Assembly: GCA_937625935.1 (NCBI GenBank)
Contig: OW569383.1
Location: 310,001-374,000, forward strand
Length of the DNA: 64,000 bases
Source: Tetramitus jugosus
Taxonomy: Eukaryota > Protista > Heterolobosea
Direction: 5' to 3'
The notes beneath the pieces were generated by a model. The model was not told the origin of the DNA, did not search any database, and saw only the letters and a program-made list of their open reading frames with translations. Positions 55,288 to 64,000 of the stretch are shown one piece after another. The number at the start of each line of letters is the position of its first letter. Within the stretch, counting starts at the first letter, position 1. Position numbers and translations under genes: made by a program.

Positions 55288-56457
55288 TTACACGAAAAGG
55301 GCAAGACTAATCGCGAGCGCGAACAACGCACCCACTATTTTCACTGATCTGTACATGTCAGGAGCTCCACTGCTCGCAGTTTTGCTTGTCTTTGGAATCG
55401 TAGACTCTCTTGGTGTTGGATTCGAAGTGTCTGTTGATGAACTGGGACTGACTGTTGGCACACTATGGGAGTGTTCTGGTGTGGAAGTCGAAGTGGATGG
55501 ATGAGTACCATTGCTGGTGCTGGTACTTGGTTTTGGTGAAGTGGATGTAGATGGCGAAGGAAGAGGAGAAGGAGAGGGCGTTGCTGGAGAATCTGGATCT
55601 CTTCGAGCTACCCACTCTACTCCTCGAACAATATGAGAAATGTAGATTGGATCGGTGTAACTCGAATCAGGATGTCCCAAAGCAGTGTAGAACACTCTGG
55701 TAGGCAATTGATTGGCTGGATGATTCTTCATATCATGTACCCAAATCAAAACATGATCAGGTCCCATGCCGCCACCAACATATGTACTCTCGTCCACTGT
55801 GGCCAATATTTCCACATCGACGAGCTCTGGTGCTTGAGTTCTCACATTACGATTGAACTCATACCATTCATCATATCTCTTCCATGTTGTAACATTGCCT
55901 AGCAACTGGTACATTCCGTTCATAATGAAATGATTTGGCTTTTCAATAGTCATGACGGCATCAGATGGAGGAGGATGCTTCGTAAAGCTCGCACCAATGA
56001 GACTATTAATGTACCAATTCCAATTGCTGCCATCTGAAGCAGCATGGATGCCAACTATTCCCTTAGTGTTGGCTTCGACAAACGACATGAAATTGGCCTT
56101 TTGCTTGTCTGTCCACCACAAATCTGGACCAGTGTTGTGCAGCAATACGATAACATCATACTTGTTGGCCAAGATGGTTGGTGTAATATTGTCTCCGAAC
56201 TCGGCTTCCGTGTCCTCAGATAGAGTCACCTTGTAGTTGTAATCTGTTTCAAATTTTTGGAACATGGCTTTTCCTGCCTCAATGGCAGTAATATGTCTGA
56301 AGGCATTTGTTTTAGAGAATACGAGTAGTTTCAATTGTGCACCACGAGCTACAGCCGTAACCTTATCTGCTTGGAGAATGACACATAGTATGAGTGTTGA
56401 TACAATGGTAGCGACCAGTGGTAGCAACACTGATGTGTTTGAGAATGAAGTGCGCAT
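55288..56457 (-). CDS. ThuA-like (class I GATase fold) domain protein with signal peptide, Ser/Thr/Pro stalk and probable GPI signal
   Basis: LLVFSKT..FRH, G.VGIHAASD, L.GA.F..HP, DEWY.F, LATVDESTY.GG.MG.DH..IW, RVFYTALGH; hydrophobic C-terminus …SSGA…IVGALFALAISLALFV. Confidence 0.92.
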   Translation of the reverse strand: MRTSFSNTSVLLPLVATIVSTLILCVILQADKVTAVARGAQLKLLVFSKTNAFRHITAIEAGKAMFQKFETDYNYKVTLSEDTEAEFGDNITPTILANKYDVIVLLHNTGPDLWWTDKQKANFMSFVEANTKGIVGIHAASDGSNWNWYINSLIGASFTKHPPPSDAVMTIEKPNHFIMNGMYQLLGNVTTWKRYDEWYEFNRNVRTQAPELVDVEILATVDESTYVGGGMGPDHVLIWVHDMKNHPANQLPTRVFYTALGHPDSSYTDPIYISHIVRGVEWVARRDPDSPATPSPSPLPSPSTSTSPKPSTSTSNGTHPSTSTSTPEHSHSVPTVSPSSSTDTSNPTPRESTIPKTSKTASSGAPDMYRSVKIVGALFALAISLALFV

Positions 56458-56741
56458 GGACTGTGTTGTTATTTTCTTTTCTTCAGATGAAATTCTTTGT
56501 CTGTCATCCAGGTCACTCTATTTATCCCGGATCTCTTTATTTTTTTTCATTGGGCAGACTTTAGTCACTTCTCAGGTTGACTCACCCCAGACACTAAAAT
56601 TGGAATTTCGCTCATTCTACTTCGAATCTATATGATCATATCCTCCATATGGATGTGAACGATGAAATGACAAGTATACTCCAATAGGTTTGATCGACAC
56701 TTATAGTTGTCGAACAGTTTTCTTCTCACAGAGGGTTTGGG

Positions 56742-56754
56742 TTTCCCGCCAAAA
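56742..56754 (+). promoter_or_regulatory. Canonical E2F-type site upstream of PDS5
   Basis: TTTCCCGCCAAAA about 130 bp upstream of the PDS5 ATG. Confidence 0.5.
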
Positions 56755-56885
56755 TTCGATTGTTGAGGTTTCCAGTCATTTCTCGAACGAAAAAATCGTT
56801 AAAAAAAAAGGTCAGCACCATACAACAAAAACGAAGAACAACAGCAACAAACAGCAGAAGATAACAAAGTCGACTCCATAACAAC

Positions 56886-59800
56886 ATGACCTCGACCAGA
56901 AAAAGAAAAACAGCACCAAGCAAAAAATCTACACCAACAAAAATCACTCGAAAACGCACGAGAAAACAACAAGAAGAAGAAGAGGAAGAAGAAACGATTA
57001 CAACCACTACGACAACTCGTTCTCCAGTTTCCTCTGACGCAGAAGGCAGTGAAAATGAGAGTGATGAGGAAGCACTACGTGTCAAAACTAAACGCACCAA
57101 ACAAACTGACAAGAAAAAAAGCAAAACAACAACAACAGCAACAACTAAGAAAACAAGCTCTGAACAACGATTGGCCTCATCTCTTCAATCATTCAACACT
57201 CAACAATCTCAACAACAAGATTCATTGACGCAACAAGAGTTTGATTATGATGAGTTGTTCAATCCTGATTACCTCGATGCTAAAGTTTCTCCGTTTGAGC
57301 TCGTCAATCGTCTAAAGGTATTTTCAGAGAGATTTTTTTTTGTATTCTTACTTTTTTTTTGTATTGTTTTGTTTGAATGGCACAAAAAAGCTCAATGATT
57401 TTTGTTTTTTTGTGTGAAGAAAGTACATTTGGCACTCAAGCACTATGAGCAATTAGAGGACGTGAACAGTACAGTTCACTGGGAACCTGCTTTCCTCGAA
57501 ATTCTCATGCACAAGAAATTGTTGCACAACAAGAGTGAAGAAGCAATGATTTACTTGTCATGTATTTTTGCAGATTTGATCCGTGTGACCATTCCATTGG
57601 AAACTTGGTTGTACGAGAGTGCGAATGATATGAGACAAATGTTTCTTCACATTTTGAGAAGTTTGCGAAAGTTGGGCAGTGAGGACGATGCGTTTAGCTT
57701 TACTCGATTTTACTTGTTGGAGAGATTGAGTGTATCAAAGGCGTTTGTTTTGTTGACGAACGAGGAGATGAATGGTGAAAACATTATAGATGAAGTGTTT
57801 GCAGTGTTCTTTTCCATTGTACAGTATGTGATTTCACTTTTTATGTTTGAGAAGATTTGTATTTGTTGTCAGGAGATGTCCTTTGTTAACCGAACATCAT
57901 TTTAATTTTTTTCACACAGAAACAAGACTAGTTTTATTCAACAGGCTGTGGTTTACATGGAGGAGATTATGGTTACACTGATTGAGAACTCACCAGTCAT
58001 TTCCACTTCGATTCTGAAGCATTTGTTGAAGGCGTTGGTCGCCAAGGGTCAACCCATCGCCGCTCAAATCTCAAAGACTGTTTTTAACAGAACAGCTGAG
58101 TACATTGCTCATCCACTGTGTGAACAATTGAATTATGAGTTGGAGAAGCATTTGGATCAGGATACTGAGAGCGGTCGCAACAGTGCTACTTCTTCCAAGG
58201 AGAGAGCCTCGCTGTTCAAATCCATTATTGCACTGGCAATGATCACATCGAGACTCTTGTTGGAAACCATTCCCATTCTCATCAACAATTTGAAGTCTGA
58301 GAATTTGAATACGAGATCGGATGTCGTTCTCTTGTTGGGTACCATGTTCAACAGACCAGAGAGCACACTTGTAGAGGAATATCAGGAGTTGTTTAAAACA
58401 TTGGTGGATCGAAGCAGAGATGTTGAGCCTAGAATCAGAATCTATATGGCAAAGTTCATGCAGACAATGTTGCTGAATCATGGTAACAGAGAAGAATGGA
58501 TTATGCAATTGTTGAACGACAGATTGGTTGAGAGAGCGCGTGATGCTGATGAGAAGGTGAGAAGAAATGTCTGTGAGGTCATTGTGACTGTATTGAAACA
58601 GAATTCTGATTTGTTGACAATGGACACTGTCAATGTGCTTGCAGAGAGAGCAAGAGACAAGAAGATTGCGCTGCGTATTCACGTTATGAAGATGATTGCC
58701 GAAGTGTGGCGTGATAACAACGGACAGGGAGAGAAGATTGAATGGATTGCCAATTGTGTTGTTCACTCCTCATGCACCGTTCCAAACCATGCACTGTTGG
58801 AGACTCTGCTTGATAAGCACATGCTCGCTCAGGACGATTTGGAAGATGAGGAAGATCAACAGAGAACCAACAGCTTTATCGTAATGGTTGAACAATTGGA
58901 CACATTCTCATTAGATTTGGTGAAGCAATTTGTGTTCAACACCAAGAACAGATATCGCATCTTGCTCAAGAAGTTTATTACCTTGTGCACATCGAACGAT
59001 GAAGACCAAGATGAAGTTGATCTCGAGGACAAGAAGAAACAAGTCGAAACAACAATTCTTACCTTGGCTCAATGCATTCCGGATCGCGATGAGCAGAGCT
59101 CGGTCAAAATATGGGACGCCATTCGTCAAAAGAAGGATTTGCTATTGTATCTAAAGAAGATTATCGAACCTGAGATGACACAAGCATCCATCCACAAATT
59201 GAAGACCAAGATTATTGAAAAGAATTATTTCCCAAAGCTCAAGGATGCCAACGATTACCTGAGTGCCATTATTCAGAAGGCTTCGCCATCCATCATATCA
59301 AGAAAACAAGTAGAACAAATCATCAGTGCATATATTGAGAAGAAGGAAGATGACATCTTGAAAGCTTTATTGTGTTGTGCAGACAGTTTGCCTTATTTAT
59401 TCTGCAACTCATTTTCACAATTGGCCAAGTTGTTAAATGAAACTGATGATGACGAAGTTGTGACAGCCACGTTGAAGATTTTGCTTGCTGTTGGTAAGGG
59501 TCTCGAGGAGTCACACTTTGAAATTGCCTCCAGCATGGAATCTAGATTGTTGGAGTTGGCAGAGAATGGAAATGTCAAGCAGGCCAAGTATGCTGCAAGA
59601 GTCATTTCCAAGATCTATGTTACACCTGATCTCTTGTACGCGAAGCTATTTGAGAAGTTGATCACCAAACTGGAGTATAACGATTCAATTGAGAAGGTTC
59701 TTTCGGCCTTGGGTGAAATTGCTGCACATGGAGCTGATACATTCTCGACTGAAGAGAGTACCGTGGTTCAATTCATCATTGACGAGCTCATTCTCAAGGT

Positions 59801-61361
59801 GAGAAGCGATGAGGACGAGTCCACCAAGGAAGAACTAAACTTGCAAACAAGATGTCGTCTTCTCGGATGTCGAACATTATCTTCTTACTTGGTAAGTATG
59901 ATCACTAGTAGTACTATGGCTACTGGTCATGCTGCTATCCAGAAGCGTGTGGTTGACGTTTTGTGGAACTTGCTCGAACATAATGGAAACATCCTATCGT
60001 ACAACAATAATCTGCCAAAGAAACCATTCGGCTACACGAGCACAAAGGACAAAACAAGCAAGAAGAACAAGAAGAAGGATCAAACTACGACCACTGCAGA
60101 GGCTAGTGATGCAGACCAATATGAGGAGAAATTCGATGATGGATTTGGAAGTTATGATGCAGCAATGGTCCGTATGGGATGTGTGAAGAGCTTAATTGAC
60201 TTGTCGAGTTGCGGAGGTCATGTTTTGACTCTCACAAATGATCGTTTTTTGAGATTGAGTTACTCAATTCTTGACCCTGTGCCTGAAGTCAGAAGTGGTG
60301 TGATCGCTAAGCTCTACAGCTTATTGCGACTCTCCAAGTTGAACACGAGATACTTAGCAATGTTTTTGCTGGGTATGATTGATCCATTGCCTGAACATAC
60401 TGCCCTTGTCAAGAAGTACTTCTCTGACATTGTCCCTCAGTTGAGAAGAGAGATTCGAAGTGTCAATCCAGAAAAACCACCTACTCTGGACTCTGAAGGC
60501 AGTTTCCAAATATTCCCAGAGTATGCCCTTCCATATCTTGTGTATCTGTTGGCTCATCATCCAAATTTCCAATCGATGGAACCAGATTTTCTGGCTTTCC
60601 AGAAGGTTCTGTTCACGTACTTTGATGTTGTGACAAAGGGTGTTGATAACTTGTCATTCTTCCACGGGTTGTTGACAAAGATCAAGACTCGTATTGATGC
60701 TGCCGCACCAGATTCCAACAACCATTTGATTGTTTGTGACTTGGCTGTGATTATTTTGCCTAGATGTGCCGCAGGAAAGAACACTTCTATTGCTTATCCC
60801 GGCAAGTACTTTATTCCTGGATTTTTCAGAAGCGAGATCCCAGCCAACCCTGTTGCATACGTGACCCCTATGAGAGGATTCGATACGCCTCGAGTTAATG
60901 AAACTCCAATGGGTAACACTGTGGCATTGAAACATTTGGGTACATTATATCTTGGAAAGGACTTTAAACTTCACGAGAAGTTAGCAAGGGCTGTGGGAAC
61001 ACCTCAAGTTTCAACTACCAAGAAGAAGGAAGTGGCGAAGAAATCAGCCACCAAATCCAAATCGCCAGCATCTGGCAGCAAGAAGTCTCCAGCAAGTGCT
61101 TCCAGAAAGAGAAAAGCTACTCCTGATTCCTCAAGCAGGAAGAAGAAAAAGGTAAATAACGACGAGGAAGACTATCAACCTCGACAAAGTATTCCACGGA
61201 CAGCCAAAGCAACTAAGAAGAAGGTAGCAGCCGATATGGCAGGCTCAGGCGAGGAGGAAACCTCAAACGCTAGCGACAGAGAAGAACACACCTCGGATAC
61301 AGAAAGTAATGAACCAACTTCAACTGTTGCTCGAAGACGACGAAGACGCTCAAGCACATAA
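56886..61361 (+). CDS. PDS5: Sister chromatid cohesion protein Pds5; 3 exons (56886-57317, 57420-57823, 57920-61361)
   Basis: HEAT protein with LL.NK…Y.SC..AD..R, FYLLE.L, R..D….IR, D.DEKVR, L.ER.RDKK..R, G..KQAKYA, PEYALPY.V.LLAHHP; basic tail; two GT-AG introns restore the frame. Confidence 0.93.
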
Positions 61362-61432
61362 TCATGAATGTCTATCTTTCCCAATTTTGTAAAGTAAATA
61401 AAATTAATATCTTTTTGGAGAGGACCAACATT

Positions 61433-63985
61433 CTACTTTTTACTTCTGCCTCCGCTTCTCCTTCTTCCATTCGCTGGGCTGGTAGGCAGTGGCTCCTTTG
61501 GATTACGTGCATGTGCAAGCAACTCCTGCAACCGTTCTTCTGTAAAACGAATTAGTAGGCATAATTTGTCTCGGTTTTTGTGAGTGCACATGGAAGCTGT
61601 TTGAGCTTCCTCTGACCGATCCAAGGCACATCGCAAGCACAAAAAGTTGGTCGGTTGCGCACTGACTCCTGAGCTTCCATCTTCCTCGACCTCTTCTTCG
61701 CCTGCCATCGTGGCTCGTCGAAAATTCGTAACAGGACTCACGAATGCATGGTCACTCTTTGCTGCCACTCTCTTTGACCGATCAAAGCACGCACAGCAAA
61801 TCACAGCACTCATATAACAATCTTGATGACAGAGACAACACACCATATTGTCTCTCATGGCTGCTCGACGCGACAAATGAGGATTTTTCTTCGTATTGGG
61901 CATATCGAACGTCTTGGCAACTTGTTTCGTCTGTAACAAGCTCTGACGCAACACCAATTCCTTTTCCAACGCATCGATACATCCCTGAGTGACAACTTGT
62001 TGAGTGTTGGTATTAAAATGGGTCATTCCCTGTTGCAAGATTGTCAGAATCATTTGATCTTGCGAGAATGCGCTAGGTCTGCTCCTCGAATAATACCGTT
62101 CATAGCACAAGTGACCCCATGGCAACCAATCACCTGGTGCAAAGTTTGTACTCTCTGCCAGGTTGAATCCGTGGTTGAACCCAGCGTGATACGCCCTAGG
62201 AAAGGTCACAATAAATGTTCCTGGTTCATGAATCATACGATACACTGGAATATCGTGCTCTCTCAATAAGCTAGGACTCACCATCGTGATCAAGCACTCT
62301 AGTAATCTCGGATTCAATTGAAAGAGACCAGGGAATCGATCTCTCATGAATTTTTCAAACTTTTGGGCTGCCGATCCCGGTATGCAATACCAAGTCTTCT
62401 TTGCACCATAGTGCAAATAATTGATGGCATAGAGATAGTGATCTTCAACGTGCCAACAAAAGGAACTGAACAGCATACCAACATAGATCATGGGAGAAGT
62501 AATGCCAGGAACGTTCATGTACAGATACTTGAGAACAGAGTTATCTACGATGGGAAGCTTTGTCAGTGCCCAATCAGAGACACAATGCCTAGGGAAGCAT
62601 GAATTGTTCTGAATGGGCATATTGATGAGATCACTGCCATACTGAACAGCCACATGTGATTTTGTAGCACTTGTATTGGATGTCGTTGTAGCTCGCTTGT
62701 GCTCCACAATTTTCCAATACTCTGCTTCCACATCGTGATCATTCACATCTCTCCAATGATCAAAATACGTCACAGAAGAAACACGCAGTATTCCAGCTTT
62801 TCGCGCCAATTTTCTCAGCTGCAATCGGGGTAATTCACGTTTACGATTGCGCAATCCACAATAAAAAAAGGAAGCACCACTGCTATGCTGCTTGCTTGTT
62901 TGCTGCTGCTGCTGCAGCTGCTGGACTCTGTCAGAGAAGAATTGTCGCTTAAACGCGTGAGCCATCTTTTGAAATTGCTTGATTGAAATTGTGCCTTTGC
63001 TTCGATCAAAACCAAAATTACTACCATTGTCCATTTCATTGTCTTCCGTGTCCTTTGTTTGATTCCCTGCTTGTATCACTTGTTTGGGAGAAATGTGGCT
63101 CGCATTCTTTGCGGTTTCGTGCTTTGAGTCTGGTGTGGAAATTTTGGTTCGTTTTTGCGGTGATGACGATGATGCATCATCATTGTTCAAACTGGATCGT
63201 TTTCTTCTTCGACCACTTGAGCTACTACTGTTACTACTGTTACTACTACTGTTACTGCTCGTACTATCACTCACATGATACATAGAATCACTCTTTTCAT
63301 CTTGTTGTTGCGTTGCACCTACTACCATCATACTGTTATGATTTGCATTCATAGTGTTATTCCCATATCTGTACAATAATTGATCAATTTGTTGAATTTT
63401 CGTCTTGAAATGAAATGATTGTTCTTGAATGCCCAAATCACTCAATCCATCCACTCGATAGTACCCTCCATGCATCACCACACTATTGTCATCACTGTCA
63501 TGTTCATCATTTTCGTCATTTTCGTCATTTTCATCATCATCACTACTAGAATCGTCATCATCATCATCATTGCGACTCTTGCGTTTTTGCTTGTTTTGAA
63601 TAGGTCGGTTCGTTAATCGTACGTCAGCGTGTGGTGCAACAATTTTACAAATTCCATATGGCTCTGCAATAGATCGAATACTAGAGATAAATTTCATTGG
63701 ATCCTTGAACTCTTCTGCACTCGGATAGAATATGGGCCCAAAAGGAATGATATGACTTTCTGGCGTGCTGTCAAATGTCATTGTCGGAGAAAACTGAGGA
63801 GGGAGACGAGGAGAACGAGAGTGAGAAAGGATGGAGGGTGGTTGTTGATTGTGAGGTGCATTAGGAAAGATGTATCGTGTTTTTGTTGTTGTTGTTTCGT
63901 CATTTTCTTTAAGAGAAAGTTTGGTTGGTTCAACATTGTCAATGTTTGGTGGTGGTTGTTCAGGTTGTTGTAATGGATGAGTCAT
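61433..63985 (-). CDS. KDM5/JARID1-like histone demethylase (JmjN + JmjC + C5HC2 zinc finger; no ARID/PHD visible)
   Basis: JmjN PIFYPS.EEF.DP..FI.SI…AE.YGICKIV.P; JmjC PG…P..YVGM.FS.FCWHVEDH.LY.INYLH.G..KTWY, PG.F.VTFPRAYHAGFN.GFN.AE..NFA; C..C..DCY.SAV.C. Confidence 0.95.
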   Translation of the reverse strand: MTHPLQQPEQPPPNIDNVEPTKLSLKENDETTTTKTRYIFPNAPHNQQPPSILSHSRSPRLPPQFSPTMTFDSTPESHIIPFGPIFYPSAEEFKDPMKFISSIRSIAEPYGICKIVAPHADVRLTNRPIQNKQKRKSRNDDDDDDSSSDDDENDENDENDEHDSDDNSVVMHGGYYRVDGLSDLGIQEQSFHFKTKIQQIDQLLYRYGNNTMNANHNSMMVVGATQQQDEKSDSMYHVSDSTSSNSSSNSSNSSSSSGRRRKRSSLNNDDASSSSPQKRTKISTPDSKHETAKNASHISPKQVIQAGNQTKDTEDNEMDNGSNFGFDRSKGTISIKQFQKMAHAFKRQFFSDRVQQLQQQQQTSKQHSSGASFFYCGLRNRKRELPRLQLRKLARKAGILRVSSVTYFDHWRDVNDHDVEAEYWKIVEHKRATTTSNTSATKSHVAVQYGSDLINMPIQNNSCFPRHCVSDWALTKLPIVDNSVLKYLYMNVPGITSPMIYVGMLFSSFCWHVEDHYLYAINYLHYGAKKTWYCIPGSAAQKFEKFMRDRFPGLFQLNPRLLECLITMVSPSLLREHDIPVYRMIHEPGTFIVTFPRAYHAGFNHGFNLAESTNFAPGDWLPWGHLCYERYYSRSRPSAFSQDQMILTILQQGMTHFNTNTQQVVTQGCIDALEKELVLRQSLLQTKQVAKTFDMPNTKKNPHLSRRAAMRDNMVCCLCHQDCYMSAVICCACFDRSKRVAAKSDHAFVSPVTNFRRATMAGEEEVEEDGSSGVSAQPTNFLCLRCALDRSEEAQTASMCTHKNRDKLCLLIRFTEERLQELLAHARNPKEPLPTSPANGRRRSGGRSKK

Positions 63986-64000
63986 GATGTGTGTGATGAT

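Overview
Gene-dense eukaryotic (protist) genomic DNA using the standard code, with about 30 protein genes, short intergenic spacers, only 8 recognisable short GT-AG introns (71-131 nt) and many N/T/Q homopolymer tracts. The gene style (e.g. a 'CFGI..NDPSVC.GHGTC' EGF repeat, F-box-SPRY genes) suggests a heterolobosean amoeba related to Naegleria; this is an inference. Recognisable genes: ROPN1L-like RIIa protein, VAC14, GPAA1, TRAPPC11, an atypical Hsp70, GNAT, JmjC-Zn-Kelch, AAR2, ValRS, F-box/SPRY, a solitary 5S rRNA gene, an ABCB half-transporter, YjbQ, copine-vWA, a CBM52/EGF secreted protein, PSMD5, a TPR protein, a class I PDE, a rhodanese-DSP pseudophosphatase, RNase H1, RAE1, CDC123, NUP98, RagC/D, a GPI-type ThuA protein, PDS5 and a KDM5-like demethylase. 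Bases ~32.4-39.85 kb form a decayed mobile-element island containing an IS5/PIF-Harbinger/ISL2EU-type transposase pseudogene, a 208-bp MITE, a duplicated coiled-coil ORF and host-like fragments. The most interesting oddities are: a histone-H4-like/BPTF-like motif inserted in the KDM5 demethylase; an Hsp70 with its peptide-binding beta domain deleted in frame; a JmjC-novel Zn repeat-Kelch fusion; a PDE with a possible XRCC4/SAS-6-like head; and RAE1 lying next to its partner NUP98. All family calls come from motif recognition by eye; no database searches were run.
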